Source: Candidatus Acidiferrales bacterium (GTDB lineage Bacteria; Verrucomicrobiota; Verrucomicrobiia; Limisphaerales; UBA11358). From it: a stretch of DNA of 64,000 nucleotides. Both the position numbers and the translations under genes were made by a program. The notes below the pieces were generated by a model. That model made no database searches. It was not told the origin of the DNA and was given only the letters and a program-made list of their open reading frames with translations. Positions 26,333 to 35,680 of the stretch are shown here, piece after piece (the first letter of the stretch is position 1; each line of letters starts with the position of its first letter). The DNA lies in assembly GCA_035499615.1 (NCBI GenBank), contig DATJYM010000273.1:434-64433 (forward strand), written 5' to 3'.

Positions 26333-28150
26333 ATGCCGTCGTTGCAAGATTGGATTCATAAACTCGAAGAAGGCGCGGGGGCGCGATACCTGAAAATCAT
26401 CGCCTTCTGCGTTGCGATCCTGTTCCTGACGCTCATTTACAATCTGTGTGCTTATCGCAATTTTGCCACACCCGAAGCGATGGATTCGGCGCAATTGGCA
26501 CGCAATCTGGCGGAGGGAAAAGGTTATACCACGCTCTTCATCCGTCCCTTCAGCCTTTATCTGGTGCAGGAACATAATCAGACGCCGACCGCGGATGCGC
26601 TGACGAGTGCCGGGACGGACTTTGCCAAAATCAAAACTGCGCATCCGGATATTGCCAATCCCCCTGTCTATCCAATCGTGCTGGCGGGCTTGATGAAGGT
26701 GCTGCCGTTTCATTATCCCCTGAACCTCAAAAATGCGTTCTGGAGCAACAGCGGAAATTTCTGGCGGTACGAACCGGATTTTTTGATCGCGATGTTCAAT
26801 GAAGCGCTGTTGCTGATTGTGGTTATCATGACGTTTTTTTTGGCGCGGAAATTGTTCGATGCCCACATCGCCTGGCTGTCCGCCTTTTTGGTGCTGGGAT
26901 GCGAGTTATTGTGGCGATTCAGCGTAGCCGGCCTGTCGACCATGTTGCTGATGATCATTTTTATTGCGCTGACCTGGTGCATCTTGCGCATCGAAGAAGC
27001 GGCACGCGACAAGGAACCGCAATCCGGCCGGCTGCTGGGATTGGCGGTCGCCGCCGGGGTCGTGACGGGCGTGGGAGCTCTCACCCGATATGCGTTTGGC
27101 TGGGTGATTATACCGGTGACGCTGTTTCTGGTTTTCTTTGGCGGGCAGCGCCGGGTCTTGTGTGCGGTGGTGTCGTTGGTCGCATTCCTGCTGGTGCTGG
27201 CGCCGTGGGTTGTTCGCAATTTCGCGGTCAGCGGTACGCCCTTTGGGACCGCGGGTTTCGCGGTGGTGGAGGGGACCGGAGCCTTTCCGGGATTCCAACT
27301 GGAACGCTCCATTCATCCCGATTTGTCGCCGGCCCTGGGGCTGTCAATGTATCTGCACAAGTTTTTGGGCAATCTGCATCTCATTCTACAGGACGCGCTG
27401 CCTCGATTGGGAGGCAGCTGGGTCAGCATGTTGTTCCTGACGGGCCTGTTGCTGAATTTCCGCAGTCCGGCGGTGCGGCGGATGCGCTATTTTTTACTCA
27501 TGTGTCTGGCGGTCTTGATCGTCGTGCAGGCTTTGGGACGGACGCAACTTTCGGAGGAATCACCCGAGGTGAACTCCGAAAATCTTTTGGTGCTCCTGGT
27601 GCCGCTGGTGTTCATTTATGGCGTGAGTCTCTTTTACGTTTTGCTGGATCAAATGACGTTGCCGCTCCGGGAATTGCGTTTGGTGGTGAAAATTGTATTT
27701 GTGGGTTTATGCTGCGCCCCGATGTTTTTCGCCTTGTTGCCCCCCCGGGCAATACCCGTGGTTTATCCCCCATATTATCCGCCAGACATTCAGTTGATAG
27801 CCGGTTGGATGAACCCCAGCGAGCTGATGATGAGCGACGTTCCCTGGGCGGTCGCGTGGTACGGGCAACGCCAGTGCGTATGGCTGACGAGGGATGCCCA
27901 GGATGACTTCTTCGCCATCAATGATTACATGAAGCCGGTCCAGGCGCTTTACCTCACCCCGGAAACCATGGACGCAAAATTTGCCTCCAGTTGGGTGAAG
28001 GCCGATCAACACAGCTGGGGTAATTTCATCCTGCAGGCGGTGGCGCAGAATAAAATTCCGGTTTCTTTTCCGTTGGTCCATGCCCCGCCGGGGTTCTTCC
28101 CCGAACGCCTGTTCCTGACGGACGTGGATCGCTGGAAACTCTCGAAATAG
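26333..28150 (+). CDS. polytopic GT-C-type glycosyltransferase (ArnT/PMT-like)
   Basis: 605 aa with many transmembrane segments. The N-terminal loop ATPEAMDSAQLARNLAEGKGY resembles ArnT/PMT-family first-loop motifs. It starts 2 nt after the NtrC stop. Confidence 0.55.
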   Translation: MPSLQDWIHKLEEGAGARYLKIIAFCVAILFLTLIYNLCAYRNFATPEAMDSAQLARNLAEGKGYTTLFIRPFSLYLVQEHNQTPTADALTSAGTDFAKIKTAHPDIANPPVYPIVLAGLMKVLPFHYPLNLKNAFWSNSGNFWRYEPDFLIAMFNEALLLIVVIMTFFLARKLFDAHIAWLSAFLVLGCELLWRFSVAGLSTMLLMIIFIALTWCILRIEEAARDKEPQSGRLLGLAVAAGVVTGVGALTRYAFGWVIIPVTLFLVFFGGQRRVLCAVVSLVAFLLVLAPWVVRNFAVSGTPFGTAGFAVVEGTGAFPGFQLERSIHPDLSPALGLSMYLHKFLGNLHLILQDALPRLGGSWVSMLFLTGLLLNFRSPAVRRMRYFLLMCLAVLIVVQALGRTQLSEESPEVNSENLLVLLVPLVFIYGVSLFYVLLDQMTLPLRELRLVVKIVFVGLCCAPMFFALLPPRAIPVVYPPYYPPDIQLIAGWMNPSELMMSDVPWAVAWYGQRQCVWLTRDAQDDFFAINDYMKPVQALYLTPETMDAKFASSWVKADQHSWGNFILQAVAQNKIPVSFPLVHAPPGFFPERLFLTDVDRWKLSK

Positions 28151-28380
28151 AGCAGTTCCACTTTTCCTATGGCCCGGACATGCTTGTCGGCGGGTGGGCG
28201 GGACATCCCTGTCCCATGTTACGCCCGTACGAAAGTGGCGACTGTCTGCCGTTGCGCCGCAGCGAGGTTTTGGCCTGCCGCGAAGATGAAAAATCCGGCA
28301 GAATCCCGCTACGTGGGACGGGAAATCCTGTGCTACGATCTGACTGTAAACCCTCCAATGTCCGCGCGCGTGTCGCGGAC

Positions 28381-29388
28381 TCAGGCGGCGCCGCGCCGGA
28401 GCCGGTCGGCGATGGCCAGCCATTCCGGCAAATCCGGCGGCGCTTCCACCACAATCCATTCCGCTCCCGCCTCATCGCTCCGATGCAGCTCTCCGTATAT
28501 CGCCCGCGCGAATGCCTCCGCGTCATGCGGAATCATACACACGTTGGCGAAATTTTCGGCGGAGGGAATTTTAGTGTGAGCAATGACGTGACACGTGAGA
28601 CGTGAGACGTGAGACGTGACAAGACGCACAAGCAAATCAGCGTCATCCTTCCAATCCAGCACCAATAATTTTGCCTTCGGCGAGTAATGTCTTTGCAAAA
28701 GGCCTGGACTCCGAAGCATTGAATGTTGAATGTCGAAAGTTGAATGTTGAATATTGCCCGTTACTGCCGCCAGTGATTCGGCGTGGATCATGCCCGGACG
28801 CAAAATGTCCGGCGGTGAAACCGTTAAATCCAGCACCGTGGATTCGATGCCGACCTGTGACTGGCCGCCATCAACAATCAGGGAAATTTTATGTCCGAGT
28901 TGATTGCGCACGTGCCCGGCATTGGTCGGTGAAACCCGGCCCGACAGATTCGCGCTGGGCGCGGCGAGCGGGAAGCCGCATTCGCGAATCACCGCTTGAA
29001 TCAGCGGATGGCCGGGCCAGCGCACGCCGACCGTGGCACCGCCGGCAGTCACATTGTCGGGAATCTCTTTTGCTCTTGGCAGGACGAGCGTGAGCGGACC
29101 GGGCCAGAACGCCTTCGCCAGATTATCAGCGTTGGCCGGCCAACTCGCCACGCACCGTTTCGCCATCTCCACACTGGCGACATGAACAATGATTGGATTA
29201 TTTGCCGGCCGGCCTTTGATTTGGAAAATATTTGCGATCGCGTTCTCATCCCAGGTGTTAGCGGCAAGGCCGTAAACCGTTTCTGTCGGCAAGGCCACCA
29301 CTTCACCCGCGCGCAGCCGGTCCGCCGCGCGTTTCACGGCGGCTTGAAAAAGCGCCGGCGTGTGCGTCGATAAAACTTCAGCGATCAC
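28381..29388 (-). CDS. L-threonylcarbamoyladenylate synthase (Sua5/TsaC family, YrdC plus Sua5 domains)
   Basis: Motifs VALPTETVYGLAAN and APSANLSGRVSPT. 335 aa. Contains two repeat-derived in-frame segments. Confidence 0.88.
   Translation of the reverse strand: MIAEVLSTHTPALFQAAVKRAADRLRAGEVVALPTETVYGLAANTWDENAIANIFQIKGRPANNPIIVHVASVEMAKRCVASWPANADNLAKAFWPGPLTLVLPRAKEIPDNVTAGGATVGVRWPGHPLIQAVIRECGFPLAAPSANLSGRVSPTNAGHVRNQLGHKISLIVDGGQSQVGIESTVLDLTVSPPDILRPGMIHAESLAAVTGNIQHSTFDIQHSMLRSPGLLQRHYSPKAKLLVLDWKDDADLLVRLVTSHVSRLTCHVIAHTKIPSAENFANVCMIPHDAEAFARAIYGELHRSDEAGAEWIVVEAPPDLPEWLAIADRLRRGAA
28585..28627. repeat. 7-nt-period array (GACGTGA-type, ~5 units) inside the sua5 coding sequence
   Basis: The sequence gacgtga cacgtga gacgtga gacgtga gacgtga caagacg encodes RLVTSHVSRLTCHV in the gene frame. 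Confidence 0.9.
28719..28756. repeat. 7-nt-period array (TTGAATG-type, 5 units) inside the sua5 coding sequence
   Basis: The sequence ttgaatg ttgaatg tcgaaag ttgaatg ttgaata encodes NIQHSTFDIQHSM in the gene frame. Confidence 0.9.
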
Positions 29389-29391
29389 GCG

Positions 29392-30660
29392 CTATTCATA
29401 GCGCAAGGCGTCAATCGGGTCGAGTTTGGAAGCTTTCCAGGCAGGATAAAATCCGGAGATGATGCCGGCGACGGCACTGGAGACGGACGCAATAGCAATC
29501 CAGGTGACCGGTGTCAACGTTGGCCAGCTGGCAAACTGGGACAAGAAATTAATTGGCATTCCGAGTTGGGTGAAAATAGCAGCGACCAATTTCACTGTGG
29601 GTTGCGCGCTCACACCGCAAACAATGCCAATCAGCCCGCCGATGATGCTGATGGTGACGGCTTCAATCAAAAATTGAACCAAAATGTCGTGAGCGCGCGC
29701 ACCGACGGCCATACGGATGCCGATCTCGCGCGTGCGTTCGGTGACGCTGACGAGCATGATATTCATGATGCCGATACCTCCGACCAGCAATGACACGGCC
29801 GCGACACCCGCCAGCAGAAAGGACATGGTTGTTGCCGTGCTGGTGGCAAATTCGGCGATTTCCTGCTGCGTGCGGATCGTAAAATCATCATCCTTGCCCG
29901 GCGTGATGCGATGTCGCTGGCGCAACAAATCGGTGATTTGTTGTTGAACCGATGACAGCATGTTCGCGCTGGCGGCCTGGACATTAATCGTGCGCAGGGT
30001 CGTCCCGCCCAGGACGCGCTTCATCGCGCTGGTGTAGGGAACGACCACGATATCATCCTGATCCTGGCCTTGCAGGGAAAGTCCTTTCGGAATCAGCACG
30101 CCGCCCACGATGAACGGCACATTCTTAATGCGGATGACCTTGCCCAGGGGATCCTCATTTCCGTAAAGCTGTGTGGCGACGGTCTTGCCGATGACGGCAA
30201 TTTTGCCCGCGGTGTGGACATCCTGATCCCCAAACGACGATCCTTCAGTGAAGGGCCACCGGCGCAAATCGAAATAATCCGCGCCCTCACCCAAAATTGT
30301 CGTGTACCAGTCCTGGTCGCCGGCGGCCACTTGGGCGGCGCCCCGCACCTCGGGGCTGACGATGGTAACACCTGAGACCTCGGTCTTGATGGCTTCGGCG
30401 TCATCAAGCGTCAGTGTGCCGGCGCTGCCCCAGCCGGTGCGTACGCCTTTGCTCGTGAAATTGCCCGACCAGACCAAAACCACATTCTGGCCGAGGCTGG
30501 CGATTTGTCCTTCCACCTGCGATTTGGCGCCACTGGTGATGCTGACCGACGCGATCACCGCCCCGACGCCGAAAATCATGCCGAGCATGGTCAGCAACGT
30601 GCGCATTTTATTCCGGCGCAAAGCGCGCGCGGCCATTCGGAGCGCGGCAAACAGTCTCAT
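29392..30660 (-). CDS. ABC transporter permease (MacB/FtsX-like)
   Basis: 422 aa with an N-terminal transmembrane helix, a large periplasmic domain and a C-terminal FtsX-type 3-TM bundle. It overlaps the upstream ATPase by 4 nt. Confidence 0.85.
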   Translation of the reverse strand: MRLFAALRMAARALRRNKMRTLLTMLGMIFGVGAVIASVSITSGAKSQVEGQIASLGQNVVLVWSGNFTSKGVRTGWGSAGTLTLDDAEAIKTEVSGVTIVSPEVRGAAQVAAGDQDWYTTILGEGADYFDLRRWPFTEGSSFGDQDVHTAGKIAVIGKTVATQLYGNEDPLGKVIRIKNVPFIVGGVLIPKGLSLQGQDQDDIVVVPYTSAMKRVLGGTTLRTINVQAASANMLSSVQQQITDLLRQRHRITPGKDDDFTIRTQQEIAEFATSTATTMSFLLAGVAAVSLLVGGIGIMNIMLVSVTERTREIGIRMAVGARAHDILVQFLIEAVTISIIGGLIGIVCGVSAQPTVKLVAAIFTQLGMPINFLSQFASWPTLTPVTWIAIASVSSAVAGIISGFYPAWKASKLDPIDALRYE

Positions 30661-31424
30661 GTGCTTAAGTTAATGGCTTGTTGCGCCTGGTGCAAATGGC
30701 GCAACTCATTTTCGGCCCTCAATCGTTCGCGTACCGGTTCGTCGGTTACAATTTTTCCATCGCGCAAAACAACCGTGCGCCGGGTGTATCGCGCGATATC
30801 CAATTCATGTGTGACCATGACAATGGTGATGCCCTGGTCATTGAGTTTTTGAAACACGCCCATGATTTCGATGCTCGTCTGGCTGTCCAGGTTGCCGGTG
30901 GGTTCGTCGGCCAGAATCAGGGACGGCTGGTTGACGAGCGCGCGGGCGATGGCCACGCGTTGCTGCTGGCCACCTGAAAGCTGGTTGGGTTTATGGTCAG
31001 CCCGGTCCCCGAGGCCGACCAATTCCAGTGCACGGGTGGCACACTCTTTTTGCTCGTGCGCCGGAACCCGATGACGTTTGTAAAGCATCGGCATCTCGAC
31101 ATTTTCCAGCGCCGTCGTGCGTGAAAGCAGGTTAAAACCTTGAAAGACGAAGCCGATTTTTTGGTTGCGAACGTCCGCCAGGGTGTTGCGGTCGAGGGTG
31201 GACACGTCAAGGCCGTCGAGCCAGTAGCTTCCGCGCGTCGAGCGGTCGAGACAACCGATCAGATTCATCAGGGTGCTTTTACCTGAGCCGCTTGAACCCA
31301 TGATGGCGACAAATTCACCGGGTGAAATCTCCAGGGTAACACCCCTTACGGCGTGAACATCCACCTCGCCCGTATGGTAAATTTTATGAATCTCCACGAG
31401 TTTGATGACGGCATTGGTCTGCAC
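30657..31424 (-). CDS. ABC transporter ATP-binding protein (MacB/LolD-type)
   Basis: Walker [15 protein letters not shown], signature [15 protein letters not shown], Walker [12 protein letters not shown]. Confidence 0.92.
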   Translation of the reverse strand: MQTNAVIKLVEIHKIYHTGEVDVHAVRGVTLEISPGEFVAIMGSSGSGKSTLMNLIGCLDRSTRGSYWLDGLDVSTLDRNTLADVRNQKIGFVFQGFNLLSRTTALENVEMPMLYKRHRVPAHEQKECATRALELVGLGDRADHKPNQLSGGQQQRVAIARALVNQPSLILADEPTGNLDSQTSIEIMGVFQKLNDQGITIVMVTHELDIARYTRRTVVLRDGKIVTDEPVRERLRAENELRHLHQAQQAINLST

Positions 31425-31446
31425 GGTCTAAAGTCGTTCGCTAAAC

Positions 31447-32781
31447 TTAACGGAATCGCGGGGCAAAAGGATTCCTGGTCGCTCCAGCGGTTTCATCTCC
31501 AAAAGCCAGACCGGTCACGACGTGGTCCCCTTCCTTCAATCCGGAAAGTACTTCCGTGAAAACCCCGTCGGTAATGCCGGTCCTGATTTGCACCGGTTTC
31601 AACGTGCCACCATTGTCTTCACCGGAAAGAACATAGACCGTGCGAACCGTCTGACTGCCACGCCCTCCCGTGCCACCAAATCCACCCAAACCGCCCGGTC
31701 GCCTGCCACCAAATCCGCCACCGGGGGACCCATTGCCGCCGAATCCACGGAAACGATTCGTTCCGCCGCCGACATTTTGTGATGGGCCGCGGGCAGGCTG
31801 GTTGGTGCCGGTGACACTGTTGGTACTGGTACCGGGCAATGCCCCTTCCGGTGGGCGAAAACGCAGCGCGGCGTTCGGAATTTTCAAAGCCTCCGGTCGT
31901 TCCGCGATGATGATATTCAACGGATTGGCCGTCATTCCGGGTTTCAATTTGTAATCGGGATTATCCACCGCCACGACACAGTCATACGTCACTACATTAT
32001 TGACGGTAGTCGGTGAATTTCGCACCTGTGTGACCTTGCCGCGGAACGTGCGATAAGGATAGGCGTCCACGTTGAAGGTTACTTCCTGCCCTTCCTCAAC
32101 GCCTCCGATGTCTGCCTCCGCCACGCTGGAATCAATCTGCATTTTGGTCAGGTCGTTCGCGATCTGGAACAGGGTCGGCGTATTGAAACTCGCCGCCACG
32201 GTTTGGCCGACGTCGACACTGCGCGAAATGACAATGCCATCCACCGGTGAGAGGATTTTACAGTAGCCCAAATTTGCCTGGGCGTTGTCCAAGGACGCCT
32301 GTTTGATCTGCACCGTCGCCTCGGCCTCATGCAGCGTGGCCACGGCGGTGTCATAATCCGAACCGGAAATCAGCTTGTTCGTAAACAACTCGGCGTCCCG
32401 CGTGGTTTCGATCTGTTGCAACTCCAGATTTGCCTTGGCGCTGGCCAGGTCAGCGGTGGCTTGTTCGACCTGCGCCTGATAAATCCGCGGATCGATTTCC
32501 GCAATGAGTTGGCCTGCCTTCACGGCGGTGTTGTAATCCGCGTACAGCTTCTGAATCGTGCCAGAAATCTGGCAACCGACCTGAACATTAGTAACCGGAT
32601 TCAACGTCCCGGTCGCCGTCACCAGTTGGGTCAATTCACCGCGCGTGACCGGGACGGTTTGATACCGTGGTCCGTTGTCGTGCCCGCGCCGCAAGAACCA
32701 AATCACACCCCCAATCACCACCAACAGCGTGGCCAGTATCACCACCCATTTTATCCAGCGATTCTTGTGGTTTTCCACCAT
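31447..32781 (-). CDS. HlyD/MacA-family periplasmic adaptor with a Gly/Arg-rich insertion
   Basis: Start trimmed to the ATG at 32781 (MVENHKNRWIKWVVILATLLVV, a membrane anchor). Coiled-coil hairpin and barrel regions are typical of membrane fusion proteins. The upstream part of the 604-aa ORF is antisense to trpD. Confidence 0.85.
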   Translation of the reverse strand: MVENHKNRWIKWVVILATLLVVIGGVIWFLRRGHDNGPRYQTVPVTRGELTQLVTATGTLNPVTNVQVGCQISGTIQKLYADYNTAVKAGQLIAEIDPRIYQAQVEQATADLASAKANLELQQIETTRDAELFTNKLISGSDYDTAVATLHEAEATVQIKQASLDNAQANLGYCKILSPVDGIVISRSVDVGQTVAASFNTPTLFQIANDLTKMQIDSSVAEADIGGVEEGQEVTFNVDAYPYRTFRGKVTQVRNSPTTVNNVVTYDCVVAVDNPDYKLKPGMTANPLNIIIAERPEALKIPNAALRFRPPEGALPGTSTNSVTGTNQPARGPSQNVGGGTNRFRGFGGNGSPGGGFGGRRPGGLGGFGGTGGRGSQTVRTVYVLSGEDNGGTLKPVQIRTGITDGVFTEVLSGLKEGDHVVTGLAFGDETAGATRNPFAPRFR

Positions 32782-32922
32782 AAACAATTTCCCAGCACCG
32801 AGGTTCACAGATTGAGACCACCGCAGCAGCGAATAAGTTACGAAATATCCCGCATCTGTCCATGTTTTCGTTGACCACACTTTCCGTCTTGAGCCGGCCC
32901 CGGTGAATCCTAGAATCGTCCG

Positions 32923-33957
32923 GTGCTTGAAACACTGATTTCCCAACTTGCCGGCTTGCAACCCCTCACCGAGCCGCAAGTTCGCGCCGCGGTAAAAGAA
33001 CTGGTTGACGAAAAAATCCCGGTGACGGCCAAAGCCGATTTTTTGGCCGCCTTGGCGCAAAAAGGTGAAACGCCGGACGAAATCACTGCGTTTGCCCGCG
33101 AATTGCGCGAAAAATCCATCCCGCCGCCGCTCGATGCCGCAACCAGATCGCGGGAAATCCTCGACGTGGTCGGCACCGGCGGTGACCGTTTGAGCACGTT
33201 CAATATCTCCACCACCGTTGCCATTCTGTGCGCCGCCGCGGGTGTTACCGTGGCCAAACACGGCAATCGCGCCGTGACGTCGTCGGTTGGCAGCGCGGAC
33301 GTGGTGGAAGAACTCGGTATCAAGGTTGACTTGTCACCGGCGGGGGCGGCCCGCGCGCTGCGCGAACACGGTTTTGCGTTTTTCTTCGCTCCGCATTTTC
33401 ATCCGGCCTTCAAACACATCGCGCCGGCCCGGAAATTGTGCGCCGAGCGGGGCCAGCGGACCATTTTCAACATCCTCGGTCCGCTGCTCAATCCGGCCCG
33501 CCCGTCGGCGATGCTCGTCGGCGTGCCGCGCCCGGAACTGTGCGAGCCGATGGCACGAGCGTTGCAGTCGCTCGGCGTGCGGCGCGGCATGGTCGTCTGC
33601 GGATCGGCTGCCGGGAAAAGGTTGGACGAACTTTCAACGCTGGGGACAAGTGACGTCGCGGAATTTTATCAGGAACGCGGTTTTTCAGTTTCGAGTTTGT
33701 CACCGGAACTTTTTCCGCGGCAGCCGGCAACACTGGCGGATTTGCGCGGAGGCGACAAGGTTGTGAATGCCGAAATCATCCGCTGTATTTTCCGTGGCGA
33801 GGAACGCGGCCCCAAACGCGACGCGGTTCTCCTCAACGGCGCTGCCGCACTGTTTGTGTCCGGCCAGACAAAATCATTGGCCGAAGGCTGGGATTTGGCG
33901 GCTCGGACAATTGACAGCGGGCGGGCGCAGGCGAAGCTGGAGGAATTGACGAGTTAG
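32923..33957 (+). CDS. trpD: anthranilate phosphoribosyltransferase
   Basis: GTG start. Motifs VVGTGGDRLSTFNIST and KHGNRAVTSSVGSADV. Confidence 0.92.
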   Translation: MLETLISQLAGLQPLTEPQVRAAVKELVDEKIPVTAKADFLAALAQKGETPDEITAFARELREKSIPPPLDAATRSREILDVVGTGGDRLSTFNISTTVAILCAAAGVTVAKHGNRAVTSSVGSADVVEELGIKVDLSPAGAARALREHGFAFFFAPHFHPAFKHIAPARKLCAERGQRTIFNILGPLLNPARPSAMLVGVPRPELCEPMARALQSLGVRRGMVVCGSAAGKRLDELSTLGTSDVAEFYQERGFSVSSLSPELFPRQPATLADLRGGDKVVNAEIIRCIFRGEERGPKRDAVLLNGAAALFVSGQTKSLAEGWDLAARTIDSGRAQAKLEELTS

Positions 33958-34685
33958 TTCGCGGGCGTGGTGCTTTCCGGCGATTCTTCCTCGGCCGCCG
34001 CCGCCGAGGCGTCGGTTTCGGCCACTTCCGGTTCTTTCAAGGAAGCGTAATGCAGCCCCAGATTATGCTGCGCGGTCTTGTCACCCTGACGCGCGGCGCG
34101 GATGAACCATTTCATGGCTTCCTGGGGATTTTGTTCAACGCCGCGTCCTGTCTGGTAACACAGGCCGAGATTGCATTGCGCCGGCGCACACTCCTGTTCG
34201 GCGGCCGCGCGATACCATTTGACCGCTTCCGTGAAGTTTTGCGGCACGACCTGGCCGGTTTCATAAAAAACGCCAAGGTTGAATTGCGCCGCGGGATAAC
34301 CGCGTTCCGCCGCTTCACGATACCATTTGACCGCTTCCGCAAAATTTTGCGGCACGCCCTGGCCGGTTTCGTAGAGCACTCCCAGATTGAATTGCGCCGC
34401 CGGATCGCTTTGTTCGGCGGCCTCCCGCAGCCATTTGGCCGCCTCGCCGAATTCCTGCGGCACACCCGTGCCGTGCAAATAACATACGCCCAGATAGCAC
34501 TGTGCGACCGGGTCGCCTTGCTCCGCCGCGCGGCGAAACCACGTTACCGCGTCCTGATTATCCGGCGCTACTCCCTGGCCGGTTTGATAGCAAACGCCCA
34601 AATAGCATTGCGCCTGCGGGTCGCCCTCGTGGGCGGCTTGCCGCATCGCTTCAAACGAATCCCATGTTCGACGGCTGCTCGACAT
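33954..34685 (-). CDS. Sel1-like (TPR-family) repeat protein
   Basis: Five or more repeats of AQ.NLG..Y..G.GVPQN...A.KW.R.AAEQG. Its stop codon overlaps the trpD stop (shared TTAG). The start is uncertain (34685 or 34739). Confidence 0.8.
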   Translation of the reverse strand: MSSSRRTWDSFEAMRQAAHEGDPQAQCYLGVCYQTGQGVAPDNQDAVTWFRRAAEQGDPVAQCYLGVCYLHGTGVPQEFGEAAKWLREAAEQSDPAAQFNLGVLYETGQGVPQNFAEAVKWYREAAERGYPAAQFNLGVFYETGQVVPQNFTEAVKWYRAAAEQECAPAQCNLGLCYQTGRGVEQNPQEAMKWFIRAARQGDKTAQHNLGLHYASLKEPEVAETDASAAAAEEESPESTTPAN

Positions 34686-34813
34686 CCCAAACTCAGATGT
34701 TAAGGCACTTTTTGTGCCGCACCTATCATAAATCGTCACCGGGCAAATTCAAGGCGTGAATTAGTCCCGCATTTTCACTTCCGTTCCATCAGTTGGCCTG
34801 CTACAAACTTTTC

Positions 34814-35629
34814 ATGGCAACCAAACTCACCATCGGATTTCTCGGTGCGGGCAAAATGGCCCTGGCCCTGGCCCGCGGTTTCATTAAAGCCGAACTCGTT
34901 GGCCCCAAGGACATGGTGGCGGCGGATCCGGTGGCGGCCGCACGAAAGCATTTCGCCGATGAAATCGGCGTGACGGCCACGGAATCCAATGCGGACGTGG
35001 CTAAAGCCGCCAATATCCTGATTCTCGCCGTCAAGCCCGACCAATGTTCCGGGGTCCTGGCCGGGTTGCGGGGTAGATTCACCGGCAACCACCTGCTCAT
35101 TTCCATCGCAGCCGGGGTGACGCTGGCAAAATTGGAGGGTGCGTTGCCGCCCGGCGCGCGTGTGATTCGTGTCATGCCCAACACGCCGGCGCTCGTCGGC
35201 ATGGGGGCTTCGGCGTTCGCGCTCGGGACCTCCGCCACGCCGGACGATGGTGAGCTGGCAAAGAGGCTCCTTTCCGCCGTGGGCATCGCCTTTCCGGTGA
35301 AGGAATCGCTGCTGGACGCCGTGACCGGCTTGAGCGGCAGCGGTCCGGCTTACGTCTTTCAATTCATCGAAGCGTTGAGCGATGGCGGCGTGGCTGCGGG
35401 TTTGCCGCGTGATTTGGCGACCAAACTTTCCGCCCAAACGGTTTCAGGTGCGGCCAAAATGGTTTTGGAGACCGGCCAGCATCCCGGCGCCCTCAAGGAC
35501 CAGGTCACCAGCCCCGGCGGCACGACCATTGAAGGATTGCACGAATTGGAGAAGGGCCGGATGCGCGCCATCGTAATGAGCGCTGTCCGGGCCGCGACAG
35601 AAAAGTCGAAGAAACTGGGACAAGGTTAA
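34814..35629 (+). CDS. proC: pyrroline-5-carboxylate reductase
   Basis: Rossmann motif IGFLGAGKMALALARG and the C-terminal motif SPGGTTIEGL. Confidence 0.9.
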   Translation: MATKLTIGFLGAGKMALALARGFIKAELVGPKDMVAADPVAAARKHFADEIGVTATESNADVAKAANILILAVKPDQCSGVLAGLRGRFTGNHLLISIAAGVTLAKLEGALPPGARVIRVMPNTPALVGMGASAFALGTSATPDDGELAKRLLSAVGIAFPVKESLLDAVTGLSGSGPAYVFQFIEALSDGGVAAGLPRDLATKLSAQTVSGAAKMVLETGQHPGALKDQVTSPGGTTIEGLHELEKGRMRAIVMSAVRAATEKSKKLGQG

Positions 35630-35680
35630 GGCCGGCAAAGGCCGATTTCTTGCGCTCACCCAACTCAAAAACGTCTTGTC

